In this document: in pieces, positions 1 to 11,841 of the stretch
Numbering within the stretch: the first letter of the stretch is position 1
Layout of the letters: every line of letters begins with the position of its first letter
DNA from: Sphaerodactylus townsendi
Taxonomy: Eukaryota
Length of the DNA stretch: 64,000 nucleotides
Reading direction: 5' to 3'
Assembly: GCF_021028975.2 (NCBI RefSeq)
Contig: NC_059427.1
Span: forward strand, 52,080,001 to 52,144,000
Translations under genes and position numbers: made by a program
The notes under the pieces: model-generated
The model's input: the letters and a program-made list of their open reading frames with translations, nothing else
What the model was told of the DNA's origin: nothing
Database searches by the model: none

Positions 1-174
1 AACCAGACTGCTCTGTTGCATTGACACCTACTTTGTTTTCCTGCCTGTTTTGATGCTGTCTTTGACGGTAGAAATCGTTCCCCATATGGTAATCGGATAA
101 GTATATTTCTAATTGAAACCTAAAGAAACAAACATCAATATAATATGAAAATGATCACAGGTAATAATATAGCC

Positions 175-400
175 CTGGCCTGATGGCCCAAGCTAGCCTA
201 ATCTCGTCTGATCTTGGAAGCAAAGCAGGTTTGGCCCTGCTTAGTACTTGAATGGGAGACCACTGAGGCAATCCAAGGTCATGAAGCAGAGGCAGGCAAT
301 GGCAAAACCACCTCTGAATGTCTCTTGTCTTGAAAACCCTACAGGATAGCCACAACTCAGCTCAGCTACACCTTCCACCAATAACAAACAAAAACAAAAA
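175..400 (+). mobile_element. 5S rRNA-derived SINE (5S-Sauria-like)
   Basis: 5S-like head (atctcgtctgatcttggaagcaaagcagg...ttagtacttgaatgggagacc), then a Sauria/BovB-type tail (ggcaatggcaaaaccacctctgaa...gaaaaccct) and an A/C-rich end. Confidence 0.8.
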
Positions 401-2611
401 GCTTTTTGAAACAAAAATGAATATGAACCTGGTGGGGATGGGAAACACATCTATTAGATGCTTACTGAATGAATTCACAGTGCTAGTTTTGATCTTTGCT
501 GCTCTAAGGAATTTGGTCCCAGAATACTTTGGGGACAATCTGCTCTCATATAATCTCTCCTGCATTTTAAGATGTGCCAGTGACACTCTATGTAGATGGA
601 TTCAAGGCTGGTATTTATCAACAGGAGGGCCTTTTCAGTAGTTATATCAACGTTGTCAAATTTCCTTTCCGTATTCATCTTTCCACTTTATTTCCCACAT
701 GTCAGGGTCAGGTGCAAATTTTTCTCTTTCATCAGGAGTGGTGGTACATTTAAATTGACTACAGAACTAATAGATCATACTGCTGTGTTTGGTGCACAGT
801 GGAGGCTGTTTGTAATAGACGTGATGAATTTTTGGGTGAAAGGCAGGATAAAATATAAATAAATAAATACAGAACCTGCATAGGCATGAATGCTGACAGC
901 ACCTTTCATGACCAGTGACTGTTTCTGTGGTATCATAGGTGGTAGGCAATTGAGAGCCAAGGAGAATTTGGAAGGCAATTTCTAAGGTCAACCTTTTGTA
1001 TTTTAAGGTTTTCTAATGTGAAACATTATCTTGGCTAAAACTAAGCACATCAAAGATCTCCCCCTGCCAAGATCAACTCCTCTACAGAGACCAATAAGAC
1101 TTTACGTTCATAGGAATTGGCAGGGCTGTGTGATGCTTTATAGCAACCAATATGTATAGCTTAAATAAAACCTCTCTCACAGGATTGTTGTAAGGATAAA
1201 ACATGAGGAAGTGAACCCAGTACACTGCCTTGTACTCCCTGGAGGAAGAGCAAGCATAAGTTGCTTGATATTGCGTGGCAGATTTTTGGCTTTAACATGT
1301 AATCAGAATGTTTCTAGGTGTTAATGAGCACCATGCTTTGAATTGTACAAGCAAACAAATATAAGATCTTCTTAGGCTGTCCAAAGCAGTTTTAATTTAC
1401 AGGGATAAATCTAATTAAGCTAGATCCATTACATTCTACCATTCTATTTATTTGTTGTGAATTTAAGCAGCTATCTCAAATAGCATGACCAAACTGAAAA
1501 CACATTTCTCTTTGCCATGGGGGGACCCCATGCCTGTTTCTTGCTCTTGCAGCCAGAATATTATAATTTTAAGCAGAATTGTTAGAATGTGTGAAAGAGA
1601 TGCAGATGTCCATGACTGTGGCTCCTGTGCGCTTTGACAAGCTACCCTGCTTACAATGGGGTCATAAAGGTACAAGAGTTGAGAACTGTGTCTCTTTCAC
1701 TTTATTTTCTAGAGGTTTTGAGAACAAGAGAGACTGACGCACTGATTCTGAAGCTAACTGGCTTGTATCCTATGGACAAGCCTCTTACATGCTAGACAGT
1801 TTCTCTGCAGCACAGTGTCCTCCTCCCTCCATTAACATCATAGATCAGTTTTGCACAAACTGAAAGTTTAGCAGCAGAGGAAGCATCCTCTGCAGCCAAG
1901 ACCGGACTGGATTGGAGACAACATTTTCTGTTAATGGAAGGGGGAATCTCCGCCAATTCTTCTTCCCAGCTGCCACCACCCAAGGTGCTCCTCATGCCAT
2001 TCCTAAGGATTGCCTACCCCTGGCGGCGGCATTTTGAAGGGGATCAATGAGCTTCAGAAGAAGGAGGACCATCAGGGAAGTTCAGGAACTATAAAAAAAT
2101 ACAGCTTCTTGCTTGACTACAAACTAAAGAATACAGGCTCTCCTTGGAAGACGGATGCTGGATGTGGGAGCAAGCTGCCTTTTTGCAGTCCTGGAGAGCA
2201 GGAGTGTAAACTTCTAAAAATAACACATAGAGTCTCTTGTTAGCAAGATTTTGCACAAGTAATTGGGCCATATGAAGAAGCCCCAAGATCAAACTACACC
2301 GGAGTTTGGTCAGCCTCAGAGAAAGTTTATGCATTTATTTTAAGTACTTATAAGCAGTACACTTGTCCCTTTAAGAGTGATCACAAATACTTGAAATATA
2401 CTTGACTGCATTCACCTTGGTATACTGAAAAGCTTCTCTGCTGTATTCTTTAGTTTGTATTCAAGCAGGAAGCTGTATTTTTTGTTATAGTTATTGATAT
2501 TAGAATCTGAATCTTTGAAATGTTAAAAAAATTCTGTTTAAAATAAGAAATAATATAGAAGCTTGTGTTTATTCACAAGTATTGATAGCCTGTGGTGCAG
2601 AGTGGTTTGGC

Positions 2612-2821
2612 TAGGGAGACTCCAGCTGGTGGCTGAAGATCTCCTAGTACAGTGATCTCAAGGCAACAGAGAACAGATCATCTGGAGAAAATGGCTGCTT
2701 TGGAATGTGGACTCCATGGCATTATACCCCATTGAAGTCCCTCCCTTCCCCAAACCACCCCCATCTTAAGCTCCATCCCCAAAGTCTGTGGATATTTCCC
2801 AACCCAGAGCGGGCAATTCTT
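2612..2821. mobile_element. degenerate TAGGGTTGCC-terminus hAT-like MITE
   Basis: Body (ctggagaaaatggctgctttggaa...ggcattatacccc...cccaacccagagc) matches the copies at 16149, 42640 and 45749. Confidence 0.65.
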
Positions 2822-3556
2822 GGGCCAAGGGGTTTTGCCAAATGAAAACCTAGATTAGGGAGAGGGGATTGAAAAAAGGAGGAGAATTAGGTAAGGTTAT
2901 CCCATTACATCAGTAGAATACCTATTATTTATTAAGATCAGCTTAATGTAGAATCTGTAGAATACAACCCAGCATCTTTGAGGAGCTCTTAATCTGAAAC
3001 ATTGTAGGATTGGCCCAGCAAGACAAAGGACACTTTAGGATGATGCCATGAGTTTAAATTGTTTTTTTTCAGGTACAATTGTGGAACAACAGCAGTGTTG
3101 GGGCAAACTTACTTTGCCTCAAAACCAACACTTATTGGTAAATTTCTACAGATATATTCTGCTTTGTGTTTACAGTACTTTGAATATTATTTACTGTCAC
3201 AATAAAGATTACACACAGAGCTATATATACTGAAATAATTAAACTAGTCTTTAACACAACCTTACTACTATATTTCTGTTATATTCACAGGTTGGTTAAG
3301 AAAACCAAAAGTTCACAGCGCTTGTGCAGTAAAATCAAGAGTCTCTGATAAGGTCCCACAGTTAATCTTTGTTTCATTTGCTTCTTCAGAAGACTTCTAT
3401 TTTTTTATTCAAACTGTAGGATCACCACTAATTGTAAGTGAGCAGCATCCATCCCAATCACAAGAATGGATCACAAGTTTAGTCACATAGACCCAGGTTC
3501 ATAAGCTGATGCTCAATGATAGCATCAGAAGGCATACAAAGACACCAGCATTGTCA

Positions 3557-3697
3557 GGCCCCTTCCGCACACACAAAATAATGTGTTTTCAAACCACTTT
3601 CACAACTGTTTGCAAGTGGATTTTGCCATTCCGCACAGCTTCAAAGAGCACTGAAAGCAGTTTGAAAGTGCATTGTTCCGCATGTGCGGAATGAGCC
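3557..3697. mobile_element. 141-bp PIF/Harbinger-type MITE
   Basis: TIRs ggccccttccgcac / gtgcggaatgagcc; 3-bp TSD tca; near-identical inverted copy at 61049-61189. Confidence 0.9.
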
Positions 3698-3788
3698 TCA
3701 GTCTCAACTAAAAACTGTTCTTTTGTAACTGTTAACAATTTGAAATGATAATGGCACCAGGCAAGTTGGAGATGAACAGCCCACTGGA

Positions 3789-3990
3789 TGATCAGCTCAC
3801 TATAACTTGTCTCACCGAAAGACAGAAGCTCAATTATGACCTAATACCCCTCTTCTTCCTGTGGATCGCTCTGCTTGTCTGCTCCTGAAGAGCCATGCCC
3901 ACAGTGGAGCATTCCACAGGAAGAAGAGGGGGTTTTGGTCACAATTGAGCTTTGATCTTTTGGTGAGACAAGGTTTGTATAACTGTGATC
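3789..3990. repeat. imperfect ~200-bp fold-back inverted repeat (probable old MITE)
   Basis: Arms ~3789-3871 and ~3907-3990 pair (cttgtctcacc/ggtgagacaag, agctcaatt/aattgagct, cccctcttcttcctgtgga/tccacaggaagaagagggg). Confidence 0.8.
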
Positions 3991-4105
3991 AGCAATCAGG
4001 ATGCGAGATGAACCAACTAATAATCAAACAACAGGTATACAAATTTCCCTAGGGCATTTGATTAGTCAGAATTAATTAGATTTGGAATTGACCTAACAAT
4101 ACTTT

Positions 4106-4245
4106 GGCTGATTCCGCATGGACCAAAAACAGCGGTGTGAAAACGGTGTGAAAACAGTATAAACCCTTTTACACCATTTAAAACCCTTTTACACCATTTT
4201 CACACCGTTTTCACACTGCTGTTTTTGGCCCATGCGGAATCAGCC
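4106..4245. mobile_element. palindromic PIF/Harbinger-type MITE
   Basis: TIRs ggctgattccgcatgg / ccatgcggaatcagcc; TSD ttt; internal ggtgtgaaaa/ttttcacacc repeats. Confidence 0.88.
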
Positions 4246-5199
4246 TTTGTTTCAGGCTTTTGTTTGTTTTTAAAAGCTGAAGTACACTTACAGTTAACAC
4301 ACAACCTAATTCATTTTGTTGGATTGATGACAACTGGTGCGAGGCAGTAGCTGGGAATGTGAAAAGTTCCCAGTTCAAATTTTACCTCAGCCGTGAACTC
4401 AGAGGCCTCAAATCATATTGTCTCAGCCTCAGACCTCCATCCATAATATCATACTAAAGTTATTAGGATGATTATTCATCACCGGGGGTGGTAGTGGTAA
4501 GGTTTTGAGAGCTCAATCACATGATATAAATGCTGTCTTATCACTGTAAAAATTTCCAGTCACTCCAGAGGACCACAACAAACATCCTGTGTCTTTTTAA
4601 GGGGAAGATGTGTTGCTTAATTTCACTATGGTGTACTTTTAAACATTTTGACCCCTTCTCTTCTACTTTTTCAACAGATTTCTTTGGATGAATTTTTATA
4701 GACATGCAGGAAATGTTATGTGAGACATATGTGACAATGTATTTTCTATGCTGTGTGAGACATAAAGCTCTCCTGACCTAACCTGTTTAGAGGGGTATGT
4801 GAACATTGCACACTTCATATTATGGAAAATTTGATTCTCTAAAAACACCATTATCTGAAGGCTTAATCTGTTAGGACCACCAGCTACAAGGGTCTGTGAA
4901 AGCTGAATGGGAGCCTTGTTCCCTGAGCCACTACCTCTTCCTTGAAAACCCACAGAACTCCTTAGCCTCAGGCCACTTCAGCAACCTTTTGTCATGGTCC
5001 ACACCACTGCGCTTCCCAGCTGTAAATTTCCTCTTCCTGCTAGCAGATTTTGTCTGTGACATAAAGTTCCCCCTTTGCACAGTTCAAACTTTGTTTCTGC
5101 CTTGTTAGTCCCTTTCCTGCTCCTTGACTTGACAAGTCAGCCACCTACTACTCTACATTCTCCTTGTCTGCCCAGACCTCCTTGTTGCAGCTGTCCTCA

Positions 5200-5392
5200 G
5201 GCAATGAGCAATAGCTCAGTGTCAAAGCATTTGCTTTCCACACAAAAGGTGCCAGATCCAATCCCTGGCAGCTCCAATTAAAAGGAGCAGGTAATAGCTG
5301 GTGTAAATGACACTGGAGAGCCTCTGCTACCCAATACTGATTTTGAAAGGCCAGTGGTCTGACTCAATATAAGGCAGTTTCATGTACTCATT
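5200..5392 (+). mobile_element. tRNA-derived SINE with CR1-like 3' tail
   Basis: A-box (tagctcagtg), degenerate B-box, tail ggtctgactcaatataaggcagtttcatg; decayed minus-strand relatives near 20945-21088 and 39960-40165. Confidence 0.6.
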
Positions 5393-5454
5393 TTCATGCA
5401 TTCAGCTTAGGCATGGTTTTCTGACTACTTACCCCCAACTCTGTCATTCTGCTT

Positions 5455-5685
5455 GAGCCATCGTAGTGTAGTACTTAAGAGTGGCAGACTCTGATCTGGA
5501 GAATTAGGTTTGATTTCTCACTCCTCCACATGAAGCCTTTGGCTAGTTACAGTTCTCTTGGAACTCTCTCAGCCCCACCCACCTTACAAGGTGTCTGTTA
5601 TGGAGGGGGGGAAGGTGACTGTGAGCCACTATGAGACCTTTTAAGGTAGAAAAAGCAGGGTATAAAAGCCTGCTTTCTTCTTCTT
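5455..5685 (+). mobile_element. Squam3-like tRNA-derived SINE
   Basis: gagcca..gtgtagt..ttaagag head, ggtttgatt B-box, ctctctcagccccacc core, gggtataaaa and (ttc)n tail. Confidence 0.8.
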
Positions 5686-6031
5686 GATCAGGGGAGATGA
5701 GGAGCCCATCCAAGTCTCAATCAGCACATGAAATACTCCACAATCAGGCATTATTCTGTTGACATATTTCCCCAGTTCAAATTTCAGTTTTATATGTTGA
5801 ATGGGTCTCGTAAGGACTCCACCATCAGCTCGGGTTCCATCTAGGTTCCAACAGTGCAGACCTTCTGAAAATAGGTGGGGATGATACACCCAGACATGGT
5901 ATGGAGAGTGGATGTTTCATATGTAACTTAGTCACCATGAACAAATCGCAATCTTAGTACAACAAGTCTAAACAAGTCTTTGCAGTTATGTGAACAGAAT
6001 GAATGTCTTTTGCAGTAGGAGAAGAGAATCA

Positions 6032-6048
6032 GTTGCCATCTAGAGGTC
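6032..6048 (-). promoter_or_regulatory. candidate CTCF motif
   Basis: Minus strand reads acctctagatggcaac, close to the CCASYAGRKGGCRS core. Confidence 0.4.
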
Positions 6049-6129
6049 AGCTGTTCTAATCTAGGCTCTGTAACAAACTCACTAACTGGCCCTAGGCAAG
6101 TTACTCTCTCTCAGTCCCTGTCTCCTCCA

Positions 6130-6130
<1 letters not shown>

Positions 6131-6189
<59 letters not shown>
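6131..6189. repeat. (TG)25(CG)4 microsatellite
   Basis: Read directly from the sequence. Confidence 0.98.
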
Positions 6190-6190
<1 letters not shown>

Positions 6191-6370
6191 AAGTGCCACC
6201 AAGTTGCAGCTGACTTATTGTGACCCCAATAAGGCAAATACTTAAGCAGGAGTGGTTTTCGACTGACTTCCTCTGCAAAGTCTTCCTTGATGTCTCCTGT
6301 CCAAGCACTGACCCTACTTAGCTGCTGAGATCTGACAAGATCAGGTTACACTACATCATTCTATATCTCT
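6133..6370 (-). mobile_element. 5S-derived SINE inserted into an older MIR-like SINE (~6020-6440)
   Basis: Reverse-complement 5S head (cttagctgctgagatctgacaagatcagg), (CA)n tail, 12-bp TSD tctcctccaatg at 6121-6132 and 6371-6382. Confidence 0.8.
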
Positions 6371-7647
6371 TCTCCTCCAATGCAGGGATAAAATATTGCT
6401 TATCATACAAAGCTATTTGAAGGATTAAAAAATTATGTATGGAGGTTGCTAGTGGCATTGTTGATTGAAAGCAAATATTCTAAAACCTTGTAACACATAT
6501 TATGATGACCAACCAAAATAAAATAAACCAGTGTTCAAGCTTCCAGGATCTCCAGAGTTCTTCATAAGGCAGGATGTTAAAAAGCAAGAGACTAATGAGA
6601 GGAGAAATCTTGATGGTTCTGATCTTAGGGCCTCTTGTCTACATCCTGCGTAGAATACCAGGCAGATTTTAACAGCTAAATCAGAAGACCAAAGGTACAA
6701 TATAATATCAACTCTACCCAGCACAACTTTATCAGTCCAATTCTGCCTGGTATTCTAAACACGATGCAGAAAAGTGGTTTTAAGATAAGCGCCTGCAACG
6801 TCTTCCTCCCTTTACACTCTCACCCCTGTTTTTAAGCATATTGTCGGCCAAAGAGTTTTGAAACGCTTGAAAGTTTGCACGCTACTTTGTGATACCAGTG
6901 TGTTCCTAATAAAAATTACTGTTACATGTTTTTTGTCTTGAGATAATGTATGTGCAGCAATTTGAACACTGAAAAGAACTATATAAATGCTGAAGAGGAT
7001 TATATTCACCTTTCATTAAGATCGTAGAGCACCTGCTCATATCCACAGGAGAAAAAATTCTCTGCATCAAAACCATTCTGACAGACATTTTACAGCTGCA
7101 GTTCTGAGCCATAATTCTTCCCATCACACATTTCTCTGGCTCTTTTCCTCTCTCTTGCTTTCAGTGAGCTCTGCATCCTTTGAGCTTCTTTTGCATGAAT
7201 CTCCTCCGTTTCCTGGATAGGCTCTATCACTTATCTGGATCATTTCATAGCACATAAATAAAGTGGTGAGATAAAGCACAAAGGGTTCTTGATAAAGTCC
7301 AAGTTTTGTTTAACAGTTAAGATAGTGAAAGTTTACAAGAGTAGTTCTGGGAGAGGTCTGTGTTGTGAATAGAGCTATTATTGCCATTATCGCATTGTTT
7401 AGACTGCTGGGCAAAAAACACAGGCATTTTCATACTTGTTTTTACAGCTTCATCAGGCTGTATATTTTCATTATCCCTTGGACTCAGTCGTCATGGGGAT
7501 GAAAATGACATAATAAGAAGTACCACCAGTTTCTTCATGACAACTGATAGGTCCAAGAAGTCTTTAATTAGCAGACAGTAGAGATTAAGGATGTCAGACC
7601 CCCCTTGTTCTCCCTAAACTTTTCTCCAAGAGCCTGATTTTTTTCAA

Positions 7648-7666
7648 AGGCCAATAGAGGGCAGTG
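7648..7666 (+). promoter_or_regulatory. candidate CTCF motif
   Basis: aggccaatagagggcagtg has one mismatch to the CCASYAGRKGGCRS core. Confidence 0.45.
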
Positions 7667-10016
7667 CTATCCTGTTCCTTTGGACACTAGGGTTTTTTTT
7701 GATGGCATCAAACAATCAGCCACAAATAAATAAATTGGCCTGTTAGCTAGACCTTACAAGGAAATGGTCATATATTTCCACACTGAAGTAATTTCTTTGT
7801 GTTTACAATATTAGAGCCACACCCAGTTCTAAGGGTTAAATTCCCATCATTCCAGTTTTAAGGGAACAGGCTGAGCTGACATTGAGATGCTTGGTGACAT
7901 TTCCTGATTGAGATGCTGCTCAACTTCCACATAAATCATAAATAAAACTGTTACAATATTGTAAGAAAACAGTTCTCCCAGAAAGAGGACATTTGACTAA
8001 TGAACAGAAGAACACAGAAGTGATTATGCCATAATTTAGGATATTCTGATTAATTCCTTATTCTGATTAATTCCTTAGGGCTGGGTGGGTTTTTTTGGAA
8101 GAAGTGTTTATTAATACTGTGAAAGCAAATCCATGGATGTTCTCATGTTTCTTATTTGATAAACAAAATGAGAAGAGAAACGCAAAGACAATATAATATA
8201 TATAATCTCTCTCTCTCTCTCTCTCTCTGTATGTGCGTGTATAAAAATATGCATATGTATTTATAAATTAACATCCTGGTTGATCAAGCTGACTGAATAA
8301 CTTTTGAATCACTGAACCTAATATACAGGAACCTTCCTTTTCCTATACTTATTTCACATACCAAAGCAAAGTTTTTCTTTTATTTCTTTTGGCTGTTATT
8401 AGATTACTGTTTTCATGTTTTTTGATATGCCAGCTACTTCCACAGCCAGGACATTTTGCATTGTTACATCCACAGATTGTGTACCCATTCACTGTCTCAG
8501 GATTGTGAGTCACTGTACTTTCACAGTTTGTAATTCAAGTAAATGTTTTATGTGCTTCTTGCCATTTAGTTAGAGACCTAAGTGTACATTACATTACATT
8601 ACAAAATTAAAGAAGTGGAATGATTGTGGGATTTATAGGTCCGGCTGTATATATGTTCATATTTTACTGCAACAGAAATAACAATTTCATATCATTAGAG
8701 GTCTTCTAGATTTTTAATATTTTCAAAGGTTATAGCTTACGCAATCAGCAAACGGATGGTAATTGTTTTATCTGCAATTTAGCTGGGCTTACTTCTTTAA
8801 TATGTATTAACATGGGTTGACAACTATTTACTGAATAACAACTATGATAGTTGCTCATTGGGTATGCAGATCATACCAAATATATATAAAACACCCAATG
8901 TTACTCACTACTTGTGTATTTGCCCTTTTAGCAAGGAAATCCTTGCTGGGAAAGTTTGTTTATTGGCAGTATTTGGCAGATAAAGTTAGTTCAAGACCAG
9001 CAGACTCTTCTGTATGATAAGTCTAAATCACACATGCACTGTACAGGGCAAAGAGACTAAAATGTGACTGTAAATTAGCCTTTCTGGGTGGCTACCAATT
9101 AATTCAGAAATCTTATACTCTGCCATTTAAAATTGCCTTTTCTGTTTGTCAGATGTGCACACAAACAGTGGAAGAAGGGCTGAAAAACGCTTAAAAATGG
9201 CACATGTGAATTCAGTCCAAATGGGATTCCTGTTGGATTCACGGTGCAAATCAAAATGTACAGAACACTTAACAAGCACAACAACTTCACTTATAGCCTG
9301 TCTGAGACTCAAGGCTGATTACAAAATATGATAACAAACCATCCAATCCAACAGCAAAAATCTCTTAGAAACAAACAGTCCAGTCAGGCTAGGAGTGAAG
9401 AACTGGAAAATGATGAAAGCAAAAAAGAAAAGAAAACTGTCTAAGGCAACACTACAGTTAATGCAGGCAAAGAGCAGTAAGGCAACAAAACTGACTGAAG
9501 TTAAGCAAACCATACTGAAGAGTAGGTTACAGAGGCAGGAGACACTGAACTGCAGTAAAGAGGGTTAATGCAAGCAATAAATATTGCAATCAACATATTC
9601 CTTTCCAAGCAACTTCCTGAGCTGATCCATTGTACTATCGATACGATCCCTTTCTAAGAACAGCAGTTTATTTTTTATTTATTTAAAAATTACTAAAGCG
9701 ATTAGGCCTGTTGGGTTCACTTATTTGAGTAAAGAAGGCTCCAAGAACAGGTATCCATTTTAGAGGCGTTACAGTGTTTGGTCTGAGGTTAGTATTTGGT
9801 CAATCCCTAACTTGTAATGAGGCCGGATTTTGCTGTCTCTTGTTGACTAGTAACATCAAGCCAAGTTTTTCTTTGACCGATGCAACCTTTGCAAGTGAAA
9901 AGTTACCCCAATTAATTGCAGCCGGAATTGTAGACTCTGGGTCTGCAGGGTTTGTTCTCTATTCATTTAGATGAAGGCGTTATCAGCAAAGAAGCTGATC
10001 TTGAAGGCATGCTTAC

Positions 10017-10117
10017 CGCCGAGATGATATATCCTGCATTACATTATCTATAAGTATTTTTGCTATTATAGAAACTTTTCTCCTGACTGGAGCATTTTGC
10101 TGCAGCAAATTGCAGTG
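10017..10117 (-). other. candidate 101-bp exon of an unidentified transcript
   Basis: Acceptor ttttttctttctttcAG and donor GCG|GTAAGC; one open frame (HCNLLQQNAPVRRKVSIIAKILIDNVMQDISSR); no recognised homolog. Confidence 0.35.
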
Positions 10118-11282
10118 CTGAAAGAAAGAAAAAAATGGAAGAGACCTTCATTTGGCGGCACAGAAAATTTGCATAAAATATTGCTCTAAGCACTGAAGGA
10201 TCTTATTACACAGAGTTTTTGATTATAATCTTTGTTGAAATAATATTTAACACATGCTGCACTTTTAATTAAGTATCTGAATAATCTCAAATTAATACCA
10301 GAGGTTTAAAAATAAGTTTTCATTTTAGTGAACTGTAACATAATAGCAGGCACCACAGCCGTTTCTCTCTCCTTTACCCTTTGATTTAATTAAATGCCCC
10401 TTTGTGTCTTTCTTGTCACTTCAGAAAGGGCATAAAGAAAACAGGTCCTGAAACATTTATATTTATGATTTTGACTTTTGTTTTACTTTTCATATATCTC
10501 AATATTTTTATTATTATTACGAACAATGATGGTATATTTTGCTTCCGGAATTCAATCTTCTTTGATTAAAGCATTTAATTGGAATCAACTGGATTGGTGC
10601 TTTGCAATTTGCCTGATGCTCAAAGGGCAATTATGACATGCTACCTTTGTGGTGATGTTTCAGTATACTGGTACACAACAGAAGTCAGTATTTAAGAGCA
10701 GCAGTGTATGCTGGTAAAGTTGGCTCTCTATGTGTGTGTCTGTGCATGAGCACATATGTGCGCACACACCCCTATGGAACATTGTAAACTGTTACATTCT
10801 TTACACAATCTAGTTGTGTTCCAAGGGAAGTTACGCAGCTGAGGTTTAAATTTAAATTAAAAAGGGAAAACAACGTTTTTGAGAGGAATCAAAATGTAGC
10901 AAAAAAAGTTATGTTTATTCACTTTTTAAAAATTAAAATTAATCTGACAGATTTGTTTGCCTTCCAGTTGGGCTTGTTTGACAGCCACTGCTCCGTTATT
11001 TCATCTGAAGAAATTCAATTTGAATCAAGGTTCTTGTTTTCTTGTTGCAACGACTGTGGGAGCTCTCTCTCACTCACTCTCAGAAACACACTGTTTGTTT
11101 GCTGTGCATAAGGGGGGAAAATGTATTCACCATTTGGAACAGAGAGGATGTAATCAGACAGGCTTTGAAGGTTTTCTGTTAGATTCCCCCTTTATCCCTT
11201 CCCATCTATCATTGTAAAGGAGACATATATAACTGCAGCACTTTGTATATTGAGGGGAGCTGCCTGTTTTTTTCCCCTTTGC

Positions 11283-11380
11283 TGAGATAATGACACTGTG
11301 GGTTGTTGACTGCTGTTATCTCTGATGACAGCCTTATCTGCATGGCTCTGATTCTAGCTCACAGAGGCTGAGATATACAG
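11283..11380. promoter_or_regulatory. GATA-site cluster with a GATA/half-E-box composite
   Basis: AGATAA 11285, TTATCT 11316 and 11334, AGATAT 11371; CTG-N7-AGATAA on the minus strand. Confidence 0.45.
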
Positions 11381-11780
11381 TACTCATGAAACTGACCAGT
11401 GCTCCAATTATAAGGAAGCAAAAATATCAGAATCCAGTTCTATGCAGTATGCAATCTCTTTTCACATTTGAGATTTTTTTTAAAAAAAACCTTTCAAATA
11501 TTTTTTTTTTAAAAATGCAATGTTTCTGAAATCAGAAGCAACAATCCAGGTCACAAAAAGAAAACATATCACACCCTCCTATACACTGATGTACTGAAAC
11601 AGGTTTGGCCATGCAGATCTGCTTCAGTTCAAGTGCTCATGCCAAATATATATGTGGGGGAAAGGGGGGGACACATATAACCCAGAATTAGTTATCATGC
11701 ATTTTCCACTTTCCAATTAGTTGGAGAAAGAGAAGAAGGAAGGCATCCAGATTCTGCATTGCCTCTTCCATCATTTAGAG

Positions 11781-11841
11781 CAGGGGCTGATGGGAATTGT
11801 AGTCCATGAACATCTGGAGAGCCGCAGGTTGCAGACCCCTG
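11781..11841. mobile_element. internally deleted hAT MITE (right arm only)
   Basis: caggggctgatgggaattgtagtcc...gcagacccctg flanked by near-identical 8-mers atttagag/attaagag; related to 25797-25934. Confidence 0.75.

Larger units (their letters stand above)
9600..11450. promoter_or_regulatory. TE-free block resembling conserved non-coding elements / enhancers
   Basis: No recognisable repeats; AT-rich but retains CpGs; several TAATTA homeodomain motifs; octamer ATTTGCAT at 10167-10174; GATA cluster. Conservation is inferred, not measured. Confidence 0.5.

Noticed and set aside
195-262. 5S rRNA gene
   Set aside because: It is partial, mutated and fused to a SINE tail.
6906-7581. Coding exons near 7.0-7.6 kb
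   Set aside because: No consistent open frame with paired splice sites and no recognisable protein.
9803-9817. miR-125b-like ccctaacttgt
   Set aside because: There is no seed region and no precursor hairpin. I recognised no conserved miRNA anywhere in the window by eye.
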